Positions 8,957 through 18,175 of a stretch of DNA of 64,000 nucleotides are shown piece after piece; position 1 is the first letter of the stretch; every line of letters begins with the position of its first letter. Under the pieces are notes generated by a model. The model searched no databases and was not told the origin of the DNA. It worked only from the letters and a program-made list of their open reading frames with translations. The DNA comes from a virus, in IMG/VR virus record IMGVR_UViG_3300009158_000001, positions 1-64,000 of that record; one strand, written 5' to 3'. A program made the translations under genes and the position numbers.

Positions 8957-9263
8957 TGAAAAGTCTATAGTGTATACACCAGAGACCTTATCTTATAGGA
9001 AAGTCTTCAAAGAGAAGTATCAGTGGAACTCAAAAACTGAGACTTTCTTACCTATTAAAAGTTTTCTACTAGATCATACTTGGAACTGGCACAGCCGACT
9101 TGGTTGGATATACACAGTTCCATTCTTTACTTTTTTATATTTATTTTTCCGTCACTATTGGACTAGCGACTCTGAGAAGAAAAAAGAGATTTTAAATCTT
9201 TACAGAGAAGTATTTCTTAAACACTGCCTACTGGATGGACATGATCAGCAAGAAAAATCTTAA
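8949..9263 (+). CDS. Hypothetical 104 aa aromatic-rich protein between the two dnaE parts
   Basis: ATG overlaps the end of dnaE-N (ATGCCTAA) and the 3' end overlaps the dnaE-C start. Contains a hydrophobic stretch WIYTVPFFTFLYLFF. Confidence 0.6.
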   Translation: MPNEKSIVYTPETLSYRKVFKEKYQWNSKTETFLPIKSFLLDHTWNWHSRLGWIYTVPFFTFLYLFFRHYWTSDSEKKKEILNLYREVFLKHCLLDGHDQQEKS

Positions 9264-11655
9264 TCAGCTCTATCTACAGGATAGGCTAAGTACAATAAAC
9301 AAAGATTATTTAGACTTTGAGACTCGTTATCTTACAGACGAAACAATTGATTTTATCAATAAGGCTTATGTCAGCAAGACAAAGCTTAGCAATAAAAGTA
9401 ACTCTGCTTTAATTTATGCTCTTGGTCTTTCAGATATTTATAATCCAGACGAACGCGTTACTTATCATGTTGACGGCGAAGGTCCAGACATTGACACTGA
9501 CTTCTGTAATGTTCGTGCTGATGATTTAATCAAAGCACTTCAAGTTAAGTATGGCCATGACCGTGTACTTCGTGTATCTACGTATAAGCCTTGGTCTCTT
9601 AAGACCAGCGTTAAAGCTTTTACTAAGTTACTTAAACATGCAGACGGTTCATATAGAACTATTGCCGACGCAGAGCGACTGGCAGATAGTTTACCAGAAA
9701 GTCATCGTGGCAAGTATGTAACTTATAAAGAACTAATCGAAGACAATAGCGAACACATAAAAAAGATTGTAGAAGCTAATCAAGATATCTTTAGCCTTTG
9801 CGGTCCAGTAGATGGTCAAGCAAAAGAAGTTAGTGTACATGCTAGCGCAGTTCTAATTGGTACAAGTCCAGTAGATCAGATGATACCTATTCGCAAGAGC
9901 AAGACTGAAGGCGCAGATTGGTTTAATCTTACCCAGTGGGAAGGTCCAACCTTAGAAAAGATGAACTTTATTAAGTTCGATATCCTCAGGATTGACTGTC
10001 TTACAATTAATGATCTTACCTGTAAGCGCATTGGCAAGTCTCTTAAGTGGCTAGAGGAAGAAGTTCCTACTGATGATCCAGCCGTGTTTGAATTAATCAA
10101 TAAGGGATTTACAGCTGGTCTATTCCAGATGGAAGAGACTTATCTTCTAAAGCTTGTAGCTGATCTTAAGCCGCAAAGCGTTCAAGATCTGGCAGTCTTC
10201 TCAGCTCTTAATCGTCCTGGTCCTCGTGACTCTGGTCTTCTTCAAGACTACATTGACTATAAGAAGACTCGTCAAACTCAGAATAAGTTGCATCCATTAC
10301 TTGATGATGTACTTGCCGAGACCGGCGGTGTCCTTATCTATCAGGAACAGATTATGGCTGCCTGTCAGATTCTTGCAGGTGTAACGCTTCAGGAAGCTGA
10401 TAAGATCAGAAAGGCTATGGGCAAGAAAGATGCTGCGCTAATGGCAGAGTATCGTACACTTTTTGTGGACGGCTGTGCACGTCTCCATAAGATTGATATG
10501 GGAGAGTCAACTCGTATTTGGAATGTTATTGCGGCATTTGCTGAGTATGGCTTCAATAAAAGCCATGCTCTCGCTTACGCATTTATTACTTACTTCAATG
10601 CCTATCTTAAGACTTACTATCCTACAGATTTTATGCTTACGCTAATGACTGTTAGAAGTGGTAAGCCTGAGAAGCTAGTCAGATATATCAACGAGTATCG
10701 CCAGATGGGTTACAACATTCTTCCACCTAGTATTAACAATAGTGATATTGGCTTTACTAAGTTGGATGACAATACTATTCTGTTTGGCCTTGGTATGATC
10801 AATGGCATTGGTAACAAAGCTAGTGACCTTATACTTAAGGCACGCGGTCGCAAGTCCTTTACAAGCATGGCTGACTTCTTCACTAGAATCAATCGTACAA
10901 AGATTAACTCTGGTGTTGTTAGTATACTTGCAAAGGTTGGCGCATTTGATAGCTTTGGCTATGATAGAGTCAAGCTTGTAGATAAGCTTCCTGATATCTT
11001 TGATTACTATACAAAGGTTGAGAACTATCAAACAAGAATAGTTCAGGCTTTTGAACGCAACAAGGAAGTAGATGCTTATCCTGCTTTGCTCGATGACTGG
11101 ACAACCAAACTAAAAGCTGGTGTAATTACAGTCCATCTAGATTCAGATAGTAAGAAAGTTTACTCAGAGCTGAGACCTAAGAAGCCATTAGTTCTTAAAG
11201 TTCCTGATCAGCCTACTTTTCCTGACTTAGAATCTATTAAGAAAGCATCTGACTATAGAGTCCCACTGCAAATTGTTAAGTGGGAATCAGAGTATTGTAA
11301 GTTCTTTATTAGTCGCCATCCACTATCTTATATTACTAAGACTCCACCAGGAATTCTTATTAATCAGATAGAAGACATCGATGAGACAAACAGCAATGAA
11401 GGCAATCTGCTCGTCGCGGTATCTCATATTAAAGAACAGCAAATTAAAAGTGGTAAATCAAAAGGAAAATTGATGGCAACATTGACAATCGAAGATTTAT
11501 CTTCTATATCAGAAGTCACGCTGTTCTCCGATCAATATGAAGAACTCAAAGATAAGCTTGACTATTGTTCCCTATTATTCTTCCCCTACAAAGCAACCAA
11601 GAAAGATGACTTCTTACGGATTCGCCCAGTGGGAAAAATTACTTTAATAAAGTAA
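9235..11655 (+). CDS. dnaE: DNA polymerase III alpha (DnaE-type), C-terminal part: catalytic palm, thumb, fingers, HhH, OB
   Basis: PDIDTDF, SVHASAV, IKFDIL, TAGLFQME, ALNRPGP, TGGVLIYQEQIM, ADKIRKAMGKK, FAEYGFNKSHALAY, ILPPSINNS, FGLGMINGIG, OB-fold KGKLMATLTIEDLS. The start may be 9241. Confidence 0.95.
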   Translation: MDMISKKNLNQLYLQDRLSTINKDYLDFETRYLTDETIDFINKAYVSKTKLSNKSNSALIYALGLSDIYNPDERVTYHVDGEGPDIDTDFCNVRADDLIKALQVKYGHDRVLRVSTYKPWSLKTSVKAFTKLLKHADGSYRTIADAERLADSLPESHRGKYVTYKELIEDNSEHIKKIVEANQDIFSLCGPVDGQAKEVSVHASAVLIGTSPVDQMIPIRKSKTEGADWFNLTQWEGPTLEKMNFIKFDILRIDCLTINDLTCKRIGKSLKWLEEEVPTDDPAVFELINKGFTAGLFQMEETYLLKLVADLKPQSVQDLAVFSALNRPGPRDSGLLQDYIDYKKTRQTQNKLHPLLDDVLAETGGVLIYQEQIMAACQILAGVTLQEADKIRKAMGKKDAALMAEYRTLFVDGCARLHKIDMGESTRIWNVIAAFAEYGFNKSHALAYAFITYFNAYLKTYYPTDFMLTLMTVRSGKPEKLVRYINEYRQMGYNILPPSINNSDIGFTKLDDNTILFGLGMINGIGNKASDLILKARGRKSFTSMADFFTRINRTKINSGVVSILAKVGAFDSFGYDRVKLVDKLPDIFDYYTKVENYQTRIVQAFERNKEVDAYPALLDDWTTKLKAGVITVHLDSDSKKVYSELRPKKPLVLKVPDQPTFPDLESIKKASDYRVPLQIVKWESEYCKFFISRHPLSYITKTPPGILINQIEDIDETNSNEGNLLVAVSHIKEQQIKSGKSKGKLMATLTIEDLSSISEVTLFSDQYEELKDKLDYCSLLFFPYKATKKDDFLRIRPVGKITLIK

Positions 11656-11664
11656 GGTTTCTAT

Positions 11665-12825
11665 ATGAATACAGTTATTTGGCAAAAAGAAGATCTTGAT
11701 ACTTGGATTCCCGGTACTTTACTATGCATTAAGTACAACATATCTAGGCATACACTAGAACGTTTAGCTAAGAGAGGCGCAATAGAAGTACAGAAGGGTG
11801 AGAATCCTAAAGCTACTTCTACCCTGAATAAGATTATTAATTACTACAAGATCCCAAGTAGTAAGAATATTAAGACTAAGAAGATTGGCCCGACTAAGCC
11901 AACTGTTATCCAAGCTCTAGCGAGCGCAGAAGACCCCAAAGATGTCACCAAGGACGTTGAGAAGGCAGGTAGTATACAAGCCTATCTCGACGCTGTTAAG
12001 GACGCCAAGGATAAGGTATTCCTGACTAAGAAGGCTAGCACTGCAGAAGCAGCAATTAAGATTCTAAGCCTAAGTGATATTCACTTTCCATTTCAGAACC
12101 AAGAAATAATTGATGAAGTCATTGAACTACATAAGGATGCAGACATTCTAGTCCTTAATGGTGATCTTCTAGATGGTTACGCCGCTAGTAGCTTTGCCAA
12201 GGATAAGAATATCCCAATGCATCTAGAGTACACAATGGCTTTAGAATTTGTTCGTAAGGTTGCTGGAATCTTTCCTCAGGTCTATATCGTACGTGGCAAC
12301 CACGAGCATAGGCTTGAAAAGTACTTTGCTAATAAGATTGATCCGACCATGCAGATGTTTGCATGCAAGGACACTCTATACTATCTAGCAAAGGGTTATA
12401 TCTTAGATGAAGATGGTGCACATATCGGCACCGTAGAACTACCAAACGTAATATATAATCCACAGGGCAACCCATGGATTCTTCAACTAAATAAAACCGT
12501 ATTTTTACATCCTAGTACTTATCTCAGTGCACCTCTAGGCACTGTAGTTAAAGCTTGCGATTATTTGCAAAACTTCCTAGAATGGGATAGTTACGATTGC
12601 GTTGTTATGGGACATACACATAAGCTAGGTAAACTTGTTTACAAGGGTAAGCTTGTAATGGAACAAGGTTGCTTAGTTAAGTTGATGGACTATCAGCGTA
12701 GTGCTAAGTTCACAAAGGAAGCAGTTACATTAGGATATGCAGTTATCTATCAGGATGAAGATGGCAATACACTGTTTAACGAGAGCGACGTTAAGTATTG
12801 CGGAACATTAAACTACTTAAAGTAA
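11665..12825 (+). CDS. Calcineurin-like metallophosphoesterase with N-terminal HTH-like region
   Basis: LSDIHFP, LNGDLLD, RGNHEHR, FLH, MGHTH. The N-terminus KYNISRHTLERLAKRGAI resembles a short winged HTH. Confidence 0.85.
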   Translation: MNTVIWQKEDLDTWIPGTLLCIKYNISRHTLERLAKRGAIEVQKGENPKATSTLNKIINYYKIPSSKNIKTKKIGPTKPTVIQALASAEDPKDVTKDVEKAGSIQAYLDAVKDAKDKVFLTKKASTAEAAIKILSLSDIHFPFQNQEIIDEVIELHKDADILVLNGDLLDGYAASSFAKDKNIPMHLEYTMALEFVRKVAGIFPQVYIVRGNHEHRLEKYFANKIDPTMQMFACKDTLYYLAKGYILDEDGAHIGTVELPNVIYNPQGNPWILQLNKTVFLHPSTYLSAPLGTVVKACDYLQNFLEWDSYDCVVMGHTHKLGKLVYKGKLVMEQGCLVKLMDYQRSAKFTKEAVTLGYAVIYQDEDGNTLFNESDVKYCGTLNYLK

Positions 12826-12835
12826 GAGGTATAGA

Positions 12836-13183
12836 ATGAATGAATTAGATCCATCAAAGATGAATGAAGAAGAAATGAGAGAATTTATGGCTGCTCAGCC
12901 TTCAAGAGAAGAAGTGAATAAATATATGAACAATATGTTTGCTTCTATTAACAATTCTTTTGGCGTATTCCAAGGGTATACAGTTGCTGCCTTGGGCATG
13001 ACAACTATTTCCTATCTTAACGATGCCGGTATAGAGGTTACCATTGAGGACTTTATGGCTAAATTCTTTGAGAATAACAAGTTAGTCATAGAGCAGGCCA
13101 GTGCTGCAATGAAGGCAGCTGCCGAAGCGAATCAAGCTGAGCAAGCCGAGCCTGCTAAAGAAGTAGATATCTCAATCTTTTAA
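12836..13183 (+). CDS. Hypothetical protein
   Basis: 115 aa ORF with GAGGT SD, collinear with the operon. Confidence 0.7.
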   Translation: MNELDPSKMNEEEMREFMAAQPSREEVNKYMNNMFASINNSFGVFQGYTVAALGMTTISYLNDAGIEVTIEDFMAKFFENNKLVIEQASAAMKAAAEANQAEQAEPAKEVDISIF

Positions 13184-13212
13184 TTGACATACTAAAATTA
13201 GCAGTATATATT
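13184..13212 (+). promoter_or_regulatory. Near-consensus sigma70 promoter driving tRNA-Asn and downstream genes
   Basis: TTGACA (13184-13189), 17 nt spacer, TATATT (13207-13212), 17 nt upstream of the tRNA. Confidence 0.8.
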
Positions 13213-13229
13213 ACTAATATTAATCATGA

Positions 13230-13302
13230 TCTGGCTTAGCTCAGCGGTAGAAGCGGGAAACTGTTAATTTCTAGGTCATAGGTTCAAATCCTATAGTCAG
13301 AG
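13230..13302 (+). tRNA. tRNA-Asn (GTT), CCA not encoded
   Basis: Acceptor TCTGGCT/AGTCAGA with discriminator G. D arm GCTCAGCGGTAGAAGC. Anticodon arm GGAAA-CT-GTT-AA-TTTCT. T arm ATAGG-TTCAAAT-CCTAT. Confidence 0.92.
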
Positions 13303-13342
13303 CTTGATTAAAATATTCTCTTATATTCGTACAGAGGCTAGT

Positions 13343-14530
13343 ATGGCAAAGAAAACTAGCAAGAAGAAAGATGTGGTACTGGCCAGTGAGCAGTACCCTT
13401 TTTCTTTTTGGCAAACATTAGATAGAAGCATTAGCAATCAGCCAAGTAGACTTCGTCCAGACATTAATCTTTATCCTAGTGAAGCTAGTGCAAAAATTAA
13501 GAATGAGCATAATGAAGATATAGTTATAGGTGGATGTGTTAGGAAGTCATGGTTTCGAGCCATGATTCAAAGAATGGAAGCCACTAACCTTAAACCTAAT
13601 CTTGATCATGTACTTTCTGCTGAGCCTTTTACCCCCAAAGAACTTTGGAAATTCTCATTAAGTAAGTATGCAGAAATAGCAATTACTGATGAAAGCAAAA
13701 GAGCTTGTGTATATGAAACGAACAGCTTTAGATTTAAATGGGAACTTCCATTCCCATTTAAGGCACTAAAGCCAGTAATTAGCGGTGAGTTAGATCTTGC
13801 AGTTGCAATACCTAATAAGGAAGACTATATACTTCCCACGTTTGATCGTGATGGTAATTCATCTATAGATCCTAAAGATATTAAGACAGATAACATTGTA
13901 GGGATTGAGATCAAGAGTATCTCAGGATACAAAGGACCTCGACAAGTCTTTGGTGTAAGAAGCAAAAAGGGCCATTGGCTAAGTATTCCTGAGCCAAAGC
14001 CTGAGCATTTATTACAGTCCATTCTCTATCATATGTATTTCTGTATACTCAAAAAGGAATATAAATACTGGAAACTCGCATATATAAATCGTGAGGATGG
14101 CGAACGCAAAGAGTTCGACATTGATCTTGTAAAAGAGAAAGTTGGAACTGGAAAGTTCTTACACAGAGTTTATGTAGATAAGCAACCATATAAATATGAC
14201 TTATATGCTGAGCATATACTTCAACGCTATCAAGAGCTTCATACTCACCTAGAGAATGAAACATTGCCGGCTAGAGACTTTGAACTCTATTATGACCAGA
14301 CTAAGATTGCTTTGCTAGCTGGTCGCAAAGAACTATCAAAGGCTGATACAGAGTTATTTACTAAAGGCAAGCCTGTTAGAAAAGGCGATTGGAACTGTAG
14401 CTATTGTCCGTTTAAGAACATATGCTATGAGACCAACGGAACTCCTAGAGAGTTAACCGAGCTGAATGCAAGTGAAATAGAACGTATATCTTTAGCAGGA
14501 GTTGAAAATGACGAACAAGAATCTGAGTAA
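13343..14530 (+). CDS. Cas4-like PD-(D/E)XK exonuclease with 4-Cys (Fe-S) motif
   Basis: YPSEAS...GGCVRKSWF (Cys1), ISGELDL, GIEIKS, HLLQSILY and C-terminal WNCSYCPFKNIC. ATG at 13343 with GAGG SD. Confidence 0.8.
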   Translation: MAKKTSKKKDVVLASEQYPFSFWQTLDRSISNQPSRLRPDINLYPSEASAKIKNEHNEDIVIGGCVRKSWFRAMIQRMEATNLKPNLDHVLSAEPFTPKELWKFSLSKYAEIAITDESKRACVYETNSFRFKWELPFPFKALKPVISGELDLAVAIPNKEDYILPTFDRDGNSSIDPKDIKTDNIVGIEIKSISGYKGPRQVFGVRSKKGHWLSIPEPKPEHLLQSILYHMYFCILKKEYKYWKLAYINREDGERKEFDIDLVKEKVGTGKFLHRVYVDKQPYKYDLYAEHILQRYQELHTHLENETLPARDFELYYDQTKIALLAGRKELSKADTELFTKGKPVRKGDWNCSYCPFKNICYETNGTPRELTELNASEIERISLAGVENDEQESE

Positions 14531-15617
14531 TTCTTCTCCGAAAGTCAAGATAGAAGTTTTAATGCCTGACCGGAAAAGAAAAGTTCCAATGGTGTATGAG
14601 CATCATGTTAAAAATGAAGCAACATCAGTTGTTTATGGGATGGAAAAAGATAGCATTACTTACTTAAGTGACTATATTAAAAACCATCCTCGAATGAAAG
14701 ATGCTGAAATGCACAGGCTTGCCTGTAAGTATTTCTACTTGAAACAACAGTTTTCAAATATGAATGAAAGACTTTCCAATGTTGAGGAAAAATTAACAAA
14801 AGAAAATGACGTTATTACTCATGGTCTACTTCTTGCAGAGCAAGATGAGCTTATATATCTAATAGGAATTATGCCTTATGCAGAGATTTTCAAAGAACTA
14901 CAAGAAACTCTTATTGCTCATAATCTTCGTCTTATCCTTAAGATTGCTAATAGCTACTCTGGTAAAGGTCTCTCTGTCGATGATCTCATTCAGGAGGGAG
15001 TATTTGGATTCCTATACGCCATTGATCGCTATGATCCTAACAAGAATGTAAAGCTAGGAACGTACGCTACTTGGTGGGTGAAACAAAAGATTACCCGCGC
15101 CTTGAGTAACAAGGCTAGATTAATTCGCTTGCCAGTTCATCTTACGATTGACATAACCAAAGTCTTAGGTGCAATAAGAAGACACAATGTCCCTTATAGC
15201 CATAAGACTGTTGCTGAACTTGCAAAGTTAACAAAGATGAAAGAATCCAGTGTCTCTCATGCTTTCGGGTTTATATATAGCTATACTCCATATAACCAGA
15301 TAGCTATGTATAACAGCGAACATGCGTTCGTTGAAGATCCAATGACTGACATTGTTGACAAAGAAAAGAAATACGAGCATTTGCAAATAGTAGATATGAA
15401 TCTTGATCATGCTACTTTTTGCTTGAGTTTTCTTAGTGTTTTAGATATTCTCTCTGCTCTTGAGAAGGAATACATATCTAGAAGATATGGACTACTTGGC
15501 TTTAAAGAACAAAATCCTATTGAGCTTAAAGAGTGGCTTAAGTCGACTGGAGTTAAACAACCAGTTTTATTTAGAAAAAATACATTAGCCAAAATAGCTA
15601 ACGAAATACTAAAATAG
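14508..15617 (+). CDS. RNA polymerase sigma factor (sigma70/RpoD-like region 2)
   Basis: LIAHNLRLILKIANSYSGKGLSVDDLIQEGVFGFLYAIDRYDPNKNVKLGTYATWWVKQKITRAL...RLIRLPVH. Region 4 is divergent (LSALEKEYISRRYGL). Confidence 0.92.
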   Translation: MTNKNLSNSSPKVKIEVLMPDRKRKVPMVYEHHVKNEATSVVYGMEKDSITYLSDYIKNHPRMKDAEMHRLACKYFYLKQQFSNMNERLSNVEEKLTKENDVITHGLLLAEQDELIYLIGIMPYAEIFKELQETLIAHNLRLILKIANSYSGKGLSVDDLIQEGVFGFLYAIDRYDPNKNVKLGTYATWWVKQKITRALSNKARLIRLPVHLTIDITKVLGAIRRHNVPYSHKTVAELAKLTKMKESSVSHAFGFIYSYTPYNQIAMYNSEHAFVEDPMTDIVDKEKKYEHLQIVDMNLDHATFCLSFLSVLDILSALEKEYISRRYGLLGFKEQNPIELKEWLKSTGVKQPVLFRKNTLAKIANEILK

Positions 15618-15625
15618 AGGAGTGC

Positions 15626-18175
15626 ATGATTACAAATCTGAGTGAGTTAGTAGAGACGATTGATAGAATTCCAGTCTCTCAATATCTAGAGAAGATTGGC
15701 ATTGAGGTTACGAAAAATAAAAAGGTTGTCTGTGTCAATCCAGACCATGATGACCATAATCCAAGTATGCATGTCTATGATGATCGTGGATATGTAAAAT
15801 GTTTTAGTTGCGGATTCTATGGCAGTTCCTTGAATGTTCATGCGATTAGAACGGGTCGCCAGCTTGCTGGTGATGAATTTGTTGATGTTGCTAAGGAAGT
15901 AGCAGATCTATTTGCTATTGACTATAACTTTGGCAAGCCAAGCCCAGAAGAGATTGAGCGTCAAAAGTATTTTCAAGTATATCATGAGGTCTCCTCATCT
16001 ATTACAAAGATTACTGATACTGCTCACCCAGATTTGTATAAGTATATTGCAGAGCGTTCATGGAACGCAGATAAGCTGCTTGAGATGGGAGTTGGCTATG
16101 TTGAGATCGGTGACGGTCTTACCGTACTAGATAAGCTAAGAGAAGAGCGTCCTGACCAGGGATTTGGCATCTATGACACAAGCATGTTTGCTGATCCTCA
16201 GAATAAGCTAGTAACCACATTCTATGACGAGAAAGGCAGAACCGTTGGTTTCGCAGCTCGTAAGATTACTTGGCAGAAGGGCGACAAGGATAAGTGGGTA
16301 AACACCAGTGGCATTGTCCCAATCTTTGATAAGAGCAACCTGCTTTACAATCATAAGATTGCTAAGCAAGCTATCAAGTCAGGTGCTGATACCCTCTATG
16401 TTTTTGAGGGCCAGAGCAGTGCAATTACCTGTTATCATAATGGCCTTAAGGCTACTGTGGCAGCAGGTGGTTCTAGCCTAACTCCCGGTCAGGCTAGACT
16501 ACTTAAGAACCTCAATCCTAGCAAGTATGTACTTTGCTTTGATCCTGATGATGCAGGTATTAAATGCACTATCAATGCAATCAGAGAACATGCTAGCACA
16601 CTAGGCGGCCATAAGCTTTACGTAAAAGATCTTCGTACCAACGGCGACCTTGACCCAGACGAGTTTATTCGCGCTAATGACATTGAAGTATTTAAGGGCA
16701 TTGAGAATATCCCTGCATTTGACTGGCTCTTTGGTGAACTAACCAGAGAGAATGGATCCCGCGAGGTTATGCTTGATCTCATTAAGCTTATCTCCAGCTT
16801 CCATAGTCCTCTAGAACGAGAAGATCTAGCTCGCAGTCTTAGCATGAAGACTGGTTACAGCTTCAATACTATCACTGAAGAGATTGACAATATTGTAAAT
16901 GAGAAAGAGCTTACTCAGAAGCAGAAGGTAAAGGACCTTACTGATCAGGCTATGCTTGATATTCGTAAGAATCCTACTAGCGCTATCTCAGTACTTGATG
17001 GTCTTAGGACCAGGATTGAAAGCATTCAAGCTGATACTAATACTAGTGTTAGCAGTGGTGACTTCTATCTTCAAGAGATGCTTCGTTTTCAAGATGAAGC
17101 AGAAGCGTTTGAAGCTGTATTCCCTGGTTTCCAAATGCCACTCATGCCCGGATTTGCCAGCGCATTTAACAATGACTGGTCAAGAGGTCGCATGATCTGC
17201 ATAGGTGGCGAAGAGAATGCAGGTAAGAGCTCATTCAGTAGCTTTACATGTTACAACCTAGCACTGCCAGAAGCTGACAACAATCTTCATGTTCTTTATA
17301 TGACTATTGACGATAGCGTTCCTGAGTTGTTTCCTAAGTTTGTAGCTATGGCTGGCCGTCATCGTACTCGTGGTTATCGCGGATACGCAGACGGCTTTCC
17401 TCTAGAGATCAATCATATTGTTCGTCCTAAGTACTGGGGTAAGATCCTTCGGGATATTGATCCTCAGTTAGAACAGGATATGCTTTATGCTTATAAGGTT
17501 GGCTATCAAGAGATTATGAAGATGGCCCGCGAAGAGCGTCTAGTTCTTTTTGGCATTCCACATGCCCAGAATCTAGAAGACTTTGAGCGTGCTATTGCTA
17601 GCTTCCGCAAGAAGTACCCTAGCGATAATATCTTTGCTTACTTGGATAATATCCATAAGCTTCCGCTTGGCAATGCCGATGCACGTCTTGCATTCAAGGA
17701 TATCTCTAATCGTGTTAAGATGGCTTCAGTCCGTCACAACATTGCTATTGGCGGTACCCTAGAATACAACAGCGACTCGAATAAGAGGCAGAAGGATCAA
17801 CGTCCTACCAACTCTAGCCTAGCAGAGTCTCGTGCCTTTAGATACGACGCTAGCGCCATTGTACACGTTTATAATCATAAGCATGTATTCGGCGATAAGA
17901 GTAACTGGTACCATGAGACTAAGAGTGTTAGCCGTCCTGGTGTAGTTCAGAAGTTCCCAGTCATCGAAGCAATTATTGGCAAGAACAAGATCTCAGGTGA
18001 TAAGGACACTCACTGTTTCCTATTTCATCCTACGAGTTCTTGGTTCGAAGAAGTTGACACCTATGAGATTGCTCAGGTTGTCAATGCCAGAGACCAGGCT
18101 GACGATAAAAATAACAAAGACTATGCCAAGAAAGAAGATGTTGACGTCTGGGCACTAGAGGATGACAATGCCTAG
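15626..18175 (+). CDS. DnaG-type primase fused to DnaB-like helicase
   Basis: Zn finger CVNPDHDDHNPS...KCFSCG, GRTVGFAAR, KWVNTS, TOPRIM VFEG...CFDPDDAG...DPDEF. Helicase Walker A GGEENAGKSS, YLDNIH, AESRAFRYDA, IGKNK. Confidence 0.92.
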   Translation: MITNLSELVETIDRIPVSQYLEKIGIEVTKNKKVVCVNPDHDDHNPSMHVYDDRGYVKCFSCGFYGSSLNVHAIRTGRQLAGDEFVDVAKEVADLFAIDYNFGKPSPEEIERQKYFQVYHEVSSSITKITDTAHPDLYKYIAERSWNADKLLEMGVGYVEIGDGLTVLDKLREERPDQGFGIYDTSMFADPQNKLVTTFYDEKGRTVGFAARKITWQKGDKDKWVNTSGIVPIFDKSNLLYNHKIAKQAIKSGADTLYVFEGQSSAITCYHNGLKATVAAGGSSLTPGQARLLKNLNPSKYVLCFDPDDAGIKCTINAIREHASTLGGHKLYVKDLRTNGDLDPDEFIRANDIEVFKGIENIPAFDWLFGELTRENGSREVMLDLIKLISSFHSPLEREDLARSLSMKTGYSFNTITEEIDNIVNEKELTQKQKVKDLTDQAMLDIRKNPTSAISVLDGLRTRIESIQADTNTSVSSGDFYLQEMLRFQDEAEAFEAVFPGFQMPLMPGFASAFNNDWSRGRMICIGGEENAGKSSFSSFTCYNLALPEADNNLHVLYMTIDDSVPELFPKFVAMAGRHRTRGYRGYADGFPLEINHIVRPKYWGKILRDIDPQLEQDMLYAYKVGYQEIMKMAREERLVLFGIPHAQNLEDFERAIASFRKKYPSDNIFAYLDNIHKLPLGNADARLAFKDISNRVKMASVRHNIAIGGTLEYNSDSNKRQKDQRPTNSSLAESRAFRYDASAIVHVYNHKHVFGDKSNWYHETKSVSRPGVVQKFPVIEAIIGKNKISGDKDTHCFLFHPTSSWFEEVDTYEIAQVVNARDQADDKNNKDYAKKEDVDVWALEDDNA

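Noticed and set aside
8906-9483. Group I/II intron or intein explaining the dnaE interruption
   Set aside because: I found no convincing P7 (R/S) or domain V elements and no intein terminal motifs. The interval is fully occupied by overlapping, coupled reading frames. Not formally excluded without Infernal or RT-PCR.
13343-14530. CRISPR-Cas system suggested by the Cas4-like gene
   Set aside because: No repeat-spacer array or cas1/cas2/effector gene is in the window. Solo Cas4-like nucleases are common in phages.
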